Below, in pieces: positions 19,799-29,614 of a stretch of 64,000 bases of DNA. Numbering within the stretch: the stretch's first letter is position 1; every line of letters begins with the position of its first letter. Under the pieces are notes generated by a model. It saw only the letters and a program-made list of their open reading frames with translations. It had not been told where the DNA came from and did no database searches. Source of the stretch: an uncultured Trueperaceae bacterium (lineage in GTDB: Bacteria > Deinococcota > Deinococci > Deinococcales > Trueperaceae); NCBI GenBank assembly GCA_963799485.1, contig CAWCXJ010000006.1, positions 224,001 to 288,000 of the forward strand, read 5' to 3'. A program made the position numbers and the translations under genes.

Positions 19799-20953
19799 CT
19801 AAAATGCGGCGGCGTAACGGCGGTGTGCTTCGGCGCGTTCTTTGATCTCGCGCACGGTATCGGCTCCGAACTTTTCCATCACCGCGTCGGCTAACACCAG
19901 GGCGCTCATCGCCAGTACGACAATCGACGCGGCGGGCACGGCGGTGGTGTCGCTCCGTTCGCGGGCAGCGTCGGCGGCTTCATGTGTGGTTACGTCAACC
20001 GTCGGCAGCGGCGTCATCAGCGTGGCAATCGGCTTCATCGCAGCTCGCACCACGAGGTCTTCGCCGGTGGTCATGCCCGCTTCCAAGCCACCCGCCCGGT
20101 TCGTCTCGCGGTAGTAGCCCCGTTCACCGTGATAAATCGCGTCGTGAACCTGACTGCCGGGGCTCATCGCGGCGCTCCAGCCGTCGCCGATTTCAACACC
20201 TTTGATGGCCTGAATGCTCATCGCCGCCTGCGCCAAACGCCCGTCGAGCTTACGGTCCCACTGCGTATGGCTGCCGAGGCCCATCGGAAGTCCCCGAAAC
20301 CGCGCCTCGACAACCCCACCGAGCGTATCGCCATCTCGTTTGGCTTCGTCGATGCGGGCAATGATGCGCGCTTCGGCGTCTTTATCGAAGGTGCGCAGCG
20401 GGCTTTCGTCGAGCGCGTCCAGATTGTTCCAGTCCAGCTCGCCGTCACACGGAATGCCGCCCAGCGAGACCATCCGGGCGCACACTTTGACGCCGATACT
20501 TTCCAAAATCTGCACCGCGACTGCGCCCGCCGCGACGCGGCTCGCGGTTTCACGGGCCGAGGCGCGCTCTAAAACGTCCCGCAGGTCTTTATGGTCGTAT
20601 TTGACGCCGCCGGTCAGGTCGGCGTGACCGGGGCGGGCGGCGGTCAAGGCTTTTTTACGGGGTTCACCGCCGGGTAAGGGCGACATGATCTCTGTCCAGT
20701 TACGCCAGTCGCGGTTTTCAATCTGGAGGCTGAGGGGTGCGCCCGTGGTGCGTCCGGCGCGGACGCCCGAGAGAATGGTGGCGGCGTCGGTTTCGATGAC
20801 CATCCGGCGGCCTCGTCCGTAACCCCCTTGACGGCGGCGGAGCCAGGGGTCGATGTGGTCGCCGGCAACGAGCGCCAGCCCTGCCGGAACGCCGTCTAAC
20901 ATAACGGTCAAAGCGGGGCCGTGCGACTCACCGGCGGAGAGAAATCTAAGCAT
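19799..20953 (-). CDS. aroC: Chorismate synthase
   Basis: AGESHG, RPGHADL, ERASARETA, NRAGGLEAGMT. Confidence 0.96.
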   Translation of the reverse strand: MLRFLSAGESHGPALTVMLDGVPAGLALVAGDHIDPWLRRRQGGYGRGRRMVIETDAATILSGVRAGRTTGAPLSLQIENRDWRNWTEIMSPLPGGEPRKKALTAARPGHADLTGGVKYDHKDLRDVLERASARETASRVAAGAVAVQILESIGVKVCARMVSLGGIPCDGELDWNNLDALDESPLRTFDKDAEARIIARIDEAKRDGDTLGGVVEARFRGLPMGLGSHTQWDRKLDGRLAQAAMSIQAIKGVEIGDGWSAAMSPGSQVHDAIYHGERGYYRETNRAGGLEAGMTTGEDLVVRAAMKPIATLMTPLPTVDVTTHEAADAARERSDTTAVPAASIVVLAMSALVLADAVMEKFGADTVREIKERAEAHRRYAAAF

Positions 20954-20996
20954 ACTACGAGCTTAGCACGCCCCCTCGAGGCGGATTTTTTGGGGG

Positions 20997-22706
20997 TTAC
21001 TCGAGGACGTTCGCGGTGACGATAACGAGCAGTTCGGTTTTGGTTTCTTGCTTGTTACTGGACGAAAACAGGTTTCCGACGATAGGTACGTCGCCGAGTC
21101 CGGGAACTTTACGGCTGGCGTCGGTAAGTTCGTTTTGTAATAAGCCGCCGAGTACCACGGTTTGTCCGGGTTTTAAGGAGACTCGAGAGGTGAGGTTTCT
21201 GGTTGATAACTCCAAAAAGTTTGGATTGTCCGTTTCGGAGATAACTGCGTCAACCCTGCCAGTTACATCCAAAATAATCTCATCATTATTGGTGATTTGC
21301 GGAGTGAGATCAATCTGAACACCGTAGGGTATAGTGCGCTCAATATTTGCATCTGCACCGGGAATACTGATATAGATTGTTCCACCAGCTTGTAGAGTCG
21401 CCTCGCCGTTGTTTAGTACAGTGATGTTGCTGTCGTCTACTCGGCGCGATAGCCCCTGCCGTTCAAAAGCATCCAAGACAGCGCCCAAGTTGAACCCCGA
21501 GACTGCCTTTTGTGCGTCGAAGATGAAGCTTAAGCCGCTCGTATCATCCCCTGAAAAAAGGCTGGTCGTGAAATTGCCGATTGCTGAGATCAAATCGATG
21601 CCGAGCCTCTCAGTTACGTCGCTTGTAACCTCTTGGATGCGAACTTGTACGTTGACCTGCCTCTCTGGTTGGTCGAGTTCCCCGATAAGCCTTGCGATTT
21701 CTGCTTGAACCCTTTCCGAACCGAAGACAAGGATGCGGTTTGTTCTAGGGTCTGGCGTTACTACTAACTCACCTTCTGCAAAGCTCGCAGCTACTGCGGC
21801 TTGTCCAGATGTGCTAGGTGTGGAAACGTTGGTTGTTGCACCGTTGCCTGTTGCACCGTTGCCTGTTGTCGTTGCTGCATTTTCTGGGTTGGTTGCTACG
21901 TTACCACCTGAAAGAGTCGTCGTTGTAGCTGGCGCCGCAGGTACAGCAGGTTGAGACGCTTGGAAAATAGTTGCAATATCCTCAGCCCTAGCATAAGAAA
22001 GTGCATAAACGCGACGTACTTTTGTCTCATTTACAGCGTTGAAAGGTCTGAGCAGCTTTGCTATGCGGGCTTGTTGACTGATAGAGGCGCGGACTGATAA
22101 CGCACCTAGCTGCTCGAAAGGAATTACGGTTATGTTGCTACCTCTTGGGAACTGACTCGTTAGATAAGATGCTAATTGACTAAGGGCGCTGTCATCTCCA
22201 GAAGCGCCAGCACTGCCGCCTGCACTAGGGACTTTGTAAGTTCTCAAGACCGTTGGTTGCTGTATATCGTTCCGCTGGGGTTGCAAGCTGGCTAAAACGT
22301 CAGGTGGCCCGACGACCACGATGTCGTCGCCCCGTAAAACGTACTCGAGGCCGTTTAACGTCAAGACGATATCCCACACTTCACGAAACGGCTTGGGTTC
22401 GCTCAGGTTATAGCGGCCCACCGCGTCAGCCGGGATGCCCTGGGTAATCGCACTCAGGCCCACCGAGCGGGCGAGCGCCTGAACCAGCGCGTCTAAAGAT
22501 TCTCCGGCAGGGCGAGTACGCAGGTCGACATTCTGGTTGAACTGCGCGGTGTCGGGCAAAGGCGCGAGCTGGACTTGTGCGGGCGCTGCTAAAGCGGACG
22601 CGGCAGCCGCGGGCGTCGCGTTTTGTGCAGCGGCGCTCACGGCGCACGCAAGCACAACGAGGGCAAGCAAGGTCGGGCGGGGGGAGATAGGGGGGTGTCT
22701 TCTCAT
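20997..22706 (-). CDS. pilQ: Type IV pilus/competence secretin PilQ
   Basis: Signal peptide, N3-type domains (PDPRTNRILV), secretin C-terminus GQTVVLGGL...KVPGLGDVPIVGNLF...TELLVIVT; last gene of the pilMNOWQ run. Confidence 0.88.
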   Translation of the reverse strand: MRRHPPISPRPTLLALVVLACAVSAAAQNATPAAAASALAAPAQVQLAPLPDTAQFNQNVDLRTRPAGESLDALVQALARSVGLSAITQGIPADAVGRYNLSEPKPFREVWDIVLTLNGLEYVLRGDDIVVVGPPDVLASLQPQRNDIQQPTVLRTYKVPSAGGSAGASGDDSALSQLASYLTSQFPRGSNITVIPFEQLGALSVRASISQQARIAKLLRPFNAVNETKVRRVYALSYARAEDIATIFQASQPAVPAAPATTTTLSGGNVATNPENAATTTGNGATGNGATTNVSTPSTSGQAAVAASFAEGELVVTPDPRTNRILVFGSERVQAEIARLIGELDQPERQVNVQVRIQEVTSDVTERLGIDLISAIGNFTTSLFSGDDTSGLSFIFDAQKAVSGFNLGAVLDAFERQGLSRRVDDSNITVLNNGEATLQAGGTIYISIPGADANIERTIPYGVQIDLTPQITNNDEIILDVTGRVDAVISETDNPNFLELSTRNLTSRVSLKPGQTVVLGGLLQNELTDASRKVPGLGDVPIVGNLFSSSNKQETKTELLVIVTANVLE

Positions 22707-22723
22707 CGCCCCCTAAGGGTAAG

Positions 22724-23866
22724 TCAGGGGGTCAAAAACAGCGTGTGACGAACGTTGTCTTCGGTGAACTGAGCGCCCCGACTCGTGAGGTTGGTGAGAA
22801 CGAGCTCAGTTCCCGGTAGCGCTTCACCGGGTGCCAGCAACAAGGGCGTCGCGTCGTCTCCTACACGGAAAATCGCGGTGCCCGTAGTCATCGCCGTAAA
22901 GTGAACCTGCAGCGCACTGAGGGCGCGGCTGACCCGGTTGCCACCTAAAGATGTGAAATTTCCGTCACCTGCGCTGCCACCAAGACCTAGCGTGCTGAGG
23001 CCGGAACCGAGGGCGACTTGCTGCGCGCCACTCGGGATACGAGCCGCTGCCGCGTTCGGGGCGGGCGCAGTGCCTAAAGGCGTGAGGCTAGGGGGAGTAC
23101 GTACGGCGGCGAGTTCGCTGGCGGGGCCGAGGGCGTTCGCGGAGCCGTTTGGCATATCCAACGCGCGGTCTAGCGGGTTGGCGCTCAGGTCGGCTGTGAG
23201 GGGTACGGTCGTCCGCAGGTTCGCTGCAAGACTCCGCGGCAGGGCCGGTCTACCCACGCGCGCTTGCGGCAAGGGAACCTCTACTGTGGGGGCTGGTGCG
23301 GCTACTGTGGGGGCTGGTGCGGCGGCGGCAGGCGCGGGCGCTGTCTCCTGAACGGGCGGCGCGGCAACGGCGGGTGGTGCTGCAGGTTGCGCTGCTGCCG
23401 GCGGCGCGGGTGCGGCTTGCCGGGGCGGTTGGGGGAGCAGCAGCGGTGAAAACGGGTTGAGCAGGCTATCGTTTCCACCTGTTACGGGTACGGGTATCTC
23501 TACGTCACTTTCTGCTGCCGGAGGCTCGGTCACGAGCAGCGGCAGTTCTTCGACCGCGACGCCACGGGCGACTGCCGGGGTTGCGGGTTCCGGGAGCAGC
23601 GGCAAGACGCCGCCACTGACCTCGGTATCGGGATTTTGAGCCGGCAGGAGGGGCAGCACGCCGCCACTGACCTCCGGGCTTTCAGCTGGGTTTGAAGCTG
23701 TACCGGAAGCTTCAGGCGGTGCGGCAGAGCTGTCATCAGGTATTTCTACGGGTATCGTCCCTGCCGGAGTCTGGACAGGTGAGGTCGCAAGAGCTGCGCT
23801 GCCTAGCGGCGCGGCCCCTACCACGGTCAAAAGAGCGCTCAGGAGTACGGTGCGAGTGAAAAGCAT
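22724..23866 (-). CDS. Pro/Ala-rich pilus/competence protein in the position of Thermus PilW
   Basis: Lies between pilO and pilQ; signal peptide, NPFSPL motif, low-complexity Pro/Ala linker, internal duplication EVSGGVLPLLP. Confidence 0.65.
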   Translation of the reverse strand: MLFTRTVLLSALLTVVGAAPLGSAALATSPVQTPAGTIPVEIPDDSSAAPPEASGTASNPAESPEVSGGVLPLLPAQNPDTEVSGGVLPLLPEPATPAVARGVAVEELPLLVTEPPAAESDVEIPVPVTGGNDSLLNPFSPLLLPQPPRQAAPAPPAAAQPAAPPAVAAPPVQETAPAPAAAAPAPTVAAPAPTVEVPLPQARVGRPALPRSLAANLRTTVPLTADLSANPLDRALDMPNGSANALGPASELAAVRTPPSLTPLGTAPAPNAAAARIPSGAQQVALGSGLSTLGLGGSAGDGNFTSLGGNRVSRALSALQVHFTAMTTGTAIFRVGDDATPLLLAPGEALPGTELVLTNLTSRGAQFTEDNVRHTLFLTP

Positions 23867-24549
23867 TATTGCACCTCCTCCAAAGTGGCTGCCGGGGCTG
23901 CGTTGGGATCGAGAGGCACGCCGTCTGTGCCGCTGCCCGTATAAACGTAGACCGTAAAGTCGTAGGTGGCCCCCAAGGTCGGGTCGGCGCTTTCGTCGGT
24001 GGCGACGTTTAGCCCGACGCGCTGCACCCTGGTAAAGCGGGGAAGCGCCTCGAGCGAACGTAAAAACGCAATCGTGCGGGCGTAGTTGCCTTCGGTGGCG
24101 AGCGTAAAGTTGAGCAACCGGACGCCGGGGACGATTTCATTGCCCGGCCCGCCGTTTTGTAGTCCGACAAAGCCGACATTCGCGTCACGGGCGGCGCTGC
24201 GGAGTTGATCGAGCAGCTCGGCGACCTCGTTTGCTTCAGGGAGCTGGGCCAAAAACACGTCACGTTCTTCTTTGAGCCGGGTAACTTCGGCGCGCAGCGC
24301 GGGTAAGTTGGCGCGCGCCGCGCGGCCCAAGGCGATGTCGGCCTCGAGCGCCCCGTTTTCGCTGCTGAGCTGTTCGATCTGAGCCTGGGTCGGGGTATAG
24401 AGGTAAAAGTACCAGAGCAGCCCGAGGAGCACGGAAACGCTAAGCGCAACGAGCGCCAGTTCGCGCCCGCGGAGTTTGAAACCACCCGCACTGCCGCCCG
24501 CACTGGCGCCGAATCTGAGTTTGGCGAGCATCTTATTCCTCTCCTGCAC
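23866..24549 (-). CDS. pilO: Type IV pilus assembly protein PilO
   Basis: Single TM, coiled coil, EGNYARTIAFLRSLEALPRF; true start may be ATG at 24531. Confidence 0.85.
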   Translation of the reverse strand: MQERNKMLAKLRFGASAGGSAGGFKLRGRELALVALSVSVLLGLLWYFYLYTPTQAQIEQLSSENGALEADIALGRAARANLPALRAEVTRLKEERDVFLAQLPEANEVAELLDQLRSAARDANVGFVGLQNGGPGNEIVPGVRLLNFTLATEGNYARTIAFLRSLEALPRFTRVQRVGLNVATDESADPTLGATYDFTVYVYTGSGTDGVPLDPNAAPAATLEEVQ

Positions 24550-25213
24550 TATCGTTTTGCGGGCTACCGGTCTGGGCCGTTTGCTCGGTCTTGGGCCCGT
24601 CTAGCTGCGCCGCGCCAATCGTCAGGTTGAAGTTATAAAACTTCGTCTCCGGGTCTTGGGACAAGTCGCCCAAAGAGACGGCGAAGTTAGGCGCGCTCTG
24701 CAGTTCGCGGATATAGTCGGCGACGACCTCTGAACTGCCGGCAATGCCGGAGACGTTCATTTCAGCTACCGCCTCGAGCCCTTCATAAGTGTCCGTACTG
24801 ACAAGCTGGGCGCTCGTCGCCTCATCGAGGGCGCGCATCTCGAGCGCCGTAAACGCCATTCGTGACCCGACGTTGGGGCCGGGTGAGGGGCGCGTCTCGA
24901 GCATCGCGTAAAGCTGCCGCGACCAGAAGATACGGCCCGTCCTGACCGATTCGGCGACGCTTTCGATGCCGGCGAGGCTGCTGCGTTCGGCCTCGAGCGC
25001 GGCCTGTTCATCGACGAAGGGTTGCAAGACGGCTTTTTCATTTCTGAGTTGCACGCCTTGCTCGGTAAGGCGGCCTTTTTCGCTTACGACCTGCAGCTGT
25101 AAAAAGCCGCACGTGACCAAAACGACGACCGGCACGGCGACGGCGACGCCTTTCCACGGATCGACGTGCTTGCGGCGGCGCAGGGTTTTGGGGAGGAGGT
25201 TGACGTTAATCAA
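24533..25213 (-). CDS. pilN: Type IV pilus assembly protein PilN
   Basis: N-terminal INVNLLP PilM-binding motif, TM helix, coiled coil. Confidence 0.88.
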   Translation of the reverse strand: MINVNLLPKTLRRRKHVDPWKGVAVAVPVVVLVTCGFLQLQVVSEKGRLTEQGVQLRNEKAVLQPFVDEQAALEAERSSLAGIESVAESVRTGRIFWSRQLYAMLETRPSPGPNVGSRMAFTALEMRALDEATSAQLVSTDTYEGLEAVAEMNVSGIAGSSEVVADYIRELQSAPNFAVSLGDLSQDPETKFYNFNLTIGAAQLDGPKTEQTAQTGSPQNDSAGEE

Positions 25214-26384
25214 GGCCGATGGCTCCTCTCAGGGCGAGTCCCAACGGCACACCGAACTCGGGGGCGATACTCTCCAGATACGACGCTTCGTAACGGTCAC
25301 CTTGAACGATGCTCAGCCAGGGGTCGCCGAATTCGACCTTAAAGCCGAGCGAGCGACCGATGGCCTCGTCCAACCTGCGCAGTTTGGAGCCGCCGCCTGA
25401 GAGGTACATCTGGGTGATGCTCGCGTCGCCGGACTGAACCCGAAAAAACTCCAAGCTCCGGCGAATTTCGGTGGTGAGGTCGCTCAAAGTCGGGCGGAGC
25501 GCTTCATAAACGCGCACGGGTGAAAAGCGCTCGTTTCGCACTTCGGTCGAGAGCGACGCTTCGGCTTCGTTAGGCATCACCGCGCTGCCGTATATCACCT
25601 TGACCTCTTCGGCGGTATCGAAATCCAAACCGAACGCCCGCTGCAGGGCGCTGGTAAAATCGTCGCCCGCAACACCTAAATTGCGGTTCATCACGACCCG
25701 TTCGCCGCGCACGAGCGTGACGGTGCTGCTCGAGGCCCCAATCTCTAAAATCGCGCCGATCTCACCCTCTGCGGTGTATTTATCGTCAAAAATCGTGGTG
25801 CGGTTAAAGCGTTCCCCTTGCAGCGAGCCTTTAAGTGAGCGCAAGAGCGCAAAGGGTTTGATGTCGATGACGGTGGGCTCGAGTCCCGCTTTTTTGAGCC
25901 CTTCGGTCAGCTGCGCCACCATATCGAGGCGCGCGGCGGCGATCACGACTTCGACGTCGCTGCCGTCCGGCACGTCGCTCGGGTTGTCCAGAATATAGTG
26001 ATCCATCGCTACTTCGTCGAGCGGGAAGGGAATGTAGCGCTCGGCTTCCCAGGGAACGGCCTTCTCGAGGTCTTTCAAGGGCATCTTCGGCACGTGAATG
26101 TTGCGGGTTATTGCCAGGCGGTTACTCACCGCTGTTACCACAAAGCGGCGGCTGATGCCGGCGTCCTTAAAGAGCGCGCCGAGTTCGGCGGCGAGGGCTT
26201 CGGCGTCGATGATCTGGTCGTCTTGTACCAAACCGGGGGGTAGGGGCCGCATGGCGAGCGCCGCGAGCTGCGGCGGGGTGCCGCCCCGAAGCTCGATCAC
26301 CTTGAGGCTACTCGTACCGATCTCGAGCCCGACCGCGACGGTTCGTGGGTTAAAAAGATTTGTCAGCCTAGACCAGTTCACCAA
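25206..26384 (-). CDS. pilM: Type IV pilus assembly protein PilM
   Basis: Actin-like fold: VGLEIGTSSLK, EAERYIPFP, EIRRSLEFF, YLSGGGS, GLALRG. Confidence 0.93.
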   Translation of the reverse strand: MVNWSRLTNLFNPRTVAVGLEIGTSSLKVIELRGGTPPQLAALAMRPLPPGLVQDDQIIDAEALAAELGALFKDAGISRRFVVTAVSNRLAITRNIHVPKMPLKDLEKAVPWEAERYIPFPLDEVAMDHYILDNPSDVPDGSDVEVVIAAARLDMVAQLTEGLKKAGLEPTVIDIKPFALLRSLKGSLQGERFNRTTIFDDKYTAEGEIGAILEIGASSSTVTLVRGERVVMNRNLGVAGDDFTSALQRAFGLDFDTAEEVKVIYGSAVMPNEAEASLSTEVRNERFSPVRVYEALRPTLSDLTTEIRRSLEFFRVQSGDASITQMYLSGGGSKLRRLDEAIGRSLGFKVEFGDPWLSIVQGDRYEASYLESIAPEFGVPLGLALRGAIGLD

Positions 26385-26513
26385 GTCCCCTCCAGAACAC
26401 CGTTACGCTAGCAGTTGCCTAGGGCCGGAGAGATAAAGTTTTTCGCGTTTTGAGATTTAACTTCGGAGTGTAGCACGCTTCACAAGCCGGCTCGGGTCAA
26501 AGCGCACGAAAAA

Positions 26514-26590
26514 CAGCAACGAGTACCGAGCAGTGAGGGTTAAAGCTTTCAACTCGTTACTCATGGCTGTTTGTTCGTTGCTGCGTTACT
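26514..26590. repeat. Heptamer-based palindromic intergenic repeat, copy 3
   Basis: cagcaac gagtacc gagcagt gag ... ctcgttactcatggct...ttcgttgctg. Confidence 0.7.
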
Positions 26591-26676
26591 GCCGACACGC
26601 GCTTTAGGCCCCAAAGAGGCGTATGATGGGCCCACAAGCGCCGCTTGGCGCGGCTGTAGAGAGTTGTGGAGGCCAT

Positions 26677-27597
26677 ATGGAAAGCCAAATCGGAACATTA
26701 CGGGTAAAAACAGGCTTCGCCGAGATGTTTAAGGGCGGCGTCATCATGGACGTCGTAAATGCGGAGCAGGCGCGCATCGCTGAAGATGCGGGCGCAACTG
26801 CGGTGATGGCTTTGGAGCGCGTCCCCGCCGATATTCGCGCCCAGGGCGGCGTCGCCCGCATGAGCGATCCGAGCATGATCGAAGAAATTATCGCGGCGGT
26901 GTCGATTCCGGTGATGGCGAAGGTGCGGATCGGTCACTTCGTCGAGGCGCAGATTTTGCAGGCTTTAGGCGTCGACTTTATCGACGAGTCCGAAGTCTTG
27001 ACCCCCGCCGACGAAAACTTTCACGTCGATAAGCACGCCTTTACCGTACCTTTCGTCTGCGGGGCCAAAGATTTGGGCGAGGCGCTCCGGCGTATCGGCG
27101 AAGGCGCCACGATGATCCGCACGAAGGGCGAAGCCGGAACCGGCAACGTCGTCGAGGCGGTGCGGCACGCGCGCACCATCATGGGCGAAATCCGCCGTAT
27201 CAAGACCCTGCCCCGCGACGAGCTGATGAGCACCGCGCGCGACCTGCGCGCGCCTTATGAGCTGGTCCTATACATCCATGAACACGGCAAACTGCCGGTC
27301 GTGAACTTCGCGGCGGGCGGCGTCGCCACCCCCGCCGACGCTGCGCTGATGATGCAGCTCGGGATGGACGGCGTATTCGTCGGCTCGGGTATCTTCAAGG
27401 CCGGCGCGACCTTGACGAGCGCCGAGGAGCGCAACCACGCCCACGCGAGCCGCGCCCGCGCGATTGTCGAGGCCGTCACGCACTTTCAAGACCCCGATAT
27501 CCTGGCAAAAGTTTCGCGCAACCTGGGTGAACCGATGGTCGGGATCAACATCGACACCCTCGAGGAAAAAGAGCTGATGGCGGCAAGAGGCTGGTAG
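26677..27597 (+). CDS. pdxS: Pyridoxal 5'-phosphate synthase lyase subunit
   Basis: [42 protein letters not shown], ends RGW; RBS GGAGG. Confidence 0.97.
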   Translation: MESQIGTLRVKTGFAEMFKGGVIMDVVNAEQARIAEDAGATAVMALERVPADIRAQGGVARMSDPSMIEEIIAAVSIPVMAKVRIGHFVEAQILQALGVDFIDESEVLTPADENFHVDKHAFTVPFVCGAKDLGEALRRIGEGATMIRTKGEAGTGNVVEAVRHARTIMGEIRRIKTLPRDELMSTARDLRAPYELVLYIHEHGKLPVVNFAAGGVATPADAALMMQLGMDGVFVGSGIFKAGATLTSAEERNHAHASRARAIVEAVTHFQDPDILAKVSRNLGEPMVGINIDTLEEKELMAARGW

Positions 27598-27616
27598 GCC
27601 ACTCAGGTCAGCGCCG

Positions 27617-27647
27617 TAAAAGGCCGGGTTACGACTCGGCCTTCTTT
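27617..27647 (+). terminator. Intrinsic terminator after pdxS
   Basis: AAGGCCGGGT-TACG-ACTCGGCCTT followed by CTTT. Confidence 0.75.
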
Positions 27648-27840
27648 GATTGGTCGGTTTTCGAATCGTAGCGGCGAAGGGGTTGCAACCCCTTGTTTTA
27701 GACCAACACATTACTTTAGGTACGGCCCGCCGCAGTACAAACGCCGTAATCTACCCTGTACGTCTCTGCTAAGCTTGATTTAACCGTCTGCTCACGCTTT
27801 ATGCTCGAGTAGATTTATACAGTAACCAGGGAGGCGTTTA

Positions 27841-28335
27841 ATGACGCAACATTTTTTGCAAAGGCAGTTCAGGTGGGTACGACTCGGTATCTTGGTCGGT
27901 GTCCTGGTCGGTTCCTGGAGCACCGGGTTCGCGCAGGACAACCCGGTGTCGGTACGTATCGAAGCGTACATCGTGTCGCAGGTGACAGCTGACGACGGCA
28001 GCGTAACCGAGCGTTTTAGCGAGTCGACGACGGCGCGGCCCGGTCAGGTAGTCGAATACCGCGTATTTGCCACGAACAACGATGTAACGACCCTACCTGC
28101 AGAGTCAGTTAGTGTTCTCGGGCCGGTTCCGGAGAGCTCGACTTACGTGCCTGATTCGGCAACCTCGACCTCGGAACGCGTCCGCACCGAGTTTTCACTC
28201 GACGGTGAAACTTTTAGTGCAGCGCCGGAAACGACCGAAGGCCCGACCGCGTACAGAGCCATCAAGTGGACGCTGCTAGTACCGCTCGAGCCCGGACAAG
28301 AAGAGCGTTTCGTCTACCGCGTCACCATCAACTAG
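27841..28335 (+). CDS. Secreted Ig-like (DUF11-like) protein
   Basis: GGAGG RBS, signal peptide, ARPGQVVEYRV..N and IKWTL..LEPGQE..FVYRVTI. Confidence 0.75.
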   Translation: MTQHFLQRQFRWVRLGILVGVLVGSWSTGFAQDNPVSVRIEAYIVSQVTADDGSVTERFSESTTARPGQVVEYRVFATNNDVTTLPAESVSVLGPVPESSTYVPDSATSTSERVRTEFSLDGETFSAAPETTEGPTAYRAIKWTLLVPLEPGQEERFVYRVTIN

Positions 28336-28437
28336 CCGACCGAAAATTACCGTAAAGCGTTTGAGGTAAACCCTTACCGTAAAACCTTGTGCAGCGCAGG
28401 CCGGGGAAACCCGGCTTTTTCGTGCTACCTTAGCAGG

Positions 28438-28662
28438 GTGAAGCCAACCGCGTTGTCCTCGGCCCAACAGCTCTACGCCGCGCTGATGAGCGCGCTCGCC
28501 GCCGCGCTTTTGGTGCTCTTTTTAATCTGCGAAATCGAGGGCGTCATTACGCTTTTTCTCTACGAAGACCTCGCCGGACTCGGACGGATGGTTATCGGTT
28601 TGCTACTCTACTTCGGCGGCCAGCTGGCGCTCACCGAGCGTGAAGCGGTGCTTACGCGCTAG
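28438..28662 (+). CDS. Small membrane protein
   Basis: Two hydrophobic helices; start GTG 28438 inferred. Confidence 0.5.
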   Translation: MKPTALSSAQQLYAALMSALAAALLVLFLICEIEGVITLFLYEDLAGLGRMVIGLLLYFGGQLALTEREAVLTR

Positions 28663-29446
28663 GCGATGTTTTGGGCGTGCGGGCGTGTTGCACGAGCCTG
28701 ACGGTTAGGTAAACAGCGGCGGCAACAGCTCCTAAAACGAGGAGCGCCTCATTGCCCCACTGCCGCACCGCAATCCCGAAAAAAGCCCAGACGAGAACGA
28801 GGACGAAGGCCACGTCGCCGCGTCTGCGCAGCACCAGCAGGCCGATAGCGGTTGCAGCGAGAACAGCGACAAACGCCCAGAAGGGCGCGCCCCAGCCGCT
28901 CCGGACGCCGAACCCGAGCAGCGTCACCGTGACGTTGGCCACGGTCGCTACCGTAATCCAGCCGAGGTAAACGCTAAAGGGGAGCCGCACTGCAAGGGTT
29001 TCGCCGCGCGTCACCTCGTTTTTACCGATCTCCAAGCGTTCGTAAAGCAAAATCAAAGTCCCCAAAAGCCCGAGCATTAAGAGCAGCGACAGTGGAATCA
29101 GGAGAAAGTGCCACGCAAAAAGCCACGCGATGTTAAAGGCGCAGCTCAGCACGAAGAGATAACCGAGCTGCTCGAGCCTAGGGTTGTCCCGCTGTCCCGG
29201 CAGCGCCTGATACACGACAAAAACGCCGAGCAGCAGGTAGATCAGTATCCAGATGGCAAAAACGTAACCGGCGGGGGTAAAAAGACTTGGAAACGAATCC
29301 GAAATCGCGCCGGTCGTCAGGCCGTTTAAGGGCAAGGTGTTGGCCAACGCGTTGACCAAAACGACCAACACGAACGCTGCAATGTTAAGAACAGGGCGCA
29401 AACCCAGACTGCGTTTAGCGGCGGGTGTGACGGTTACGGTAGACAT
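28652..29446 (-). CDS. TspO/MBR-related tryptophan-rich membrane protein
   Basis: FTPAGYVFAIWILIY, FNIAWLFAWH, PFSVYLGWITVATVAN. Confidence 0.8.
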   Translation of the reverse strand: MSTVTVTPAAKRSLGLRPVLNIAAFVLVVLVNALANTLPLNGLTTGAISDSFPSLFTPAGYVFAIWILIYLLLGVFVVYQALPGQRDNPRLEQLGYLFVLSCAFNIAWLFAWHFLLIPLSLLLMLGLLGTLILLYERLEIGKNEVTRGETLAVRLPFSVYLGWITVATVANVTVTLLGFGVRSGWGAPFWAFVAVLAATAIGLLVLRRRGDVAFVLVLVWAFFGIAVRQWGNEALLVLGAVAAAVYLTVRLVQHARTPKTSPSA

Positions 29447-29614
29447 AAGCCCTCCAGTGGCGTGCGTAGTGTTGGCACAGCATACCGCTCGAGCCGCCGG
29501 TGTTCAGAGTCCGTGTCTACACAGTACGCCTCAAACCGTAGGCGCTATATCGTTTGTCCAGTCGCCGCCAGCAAAAGCTCTCCGAAGGGAGCCCAAAGTA
29601 AACGTAGCAAACGC

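Noticed and set aside
23282..23675. Short DNA duplications in the PilW-position gene
   Set aside because: In-frame duplications in a Pro/Ala linker; ordinary low-complexity expansion
17719..26384. pil genes running into aro genes
   Set aside because: The linkage of pilMNO(P/W)Q with aro genes is well known and widespread
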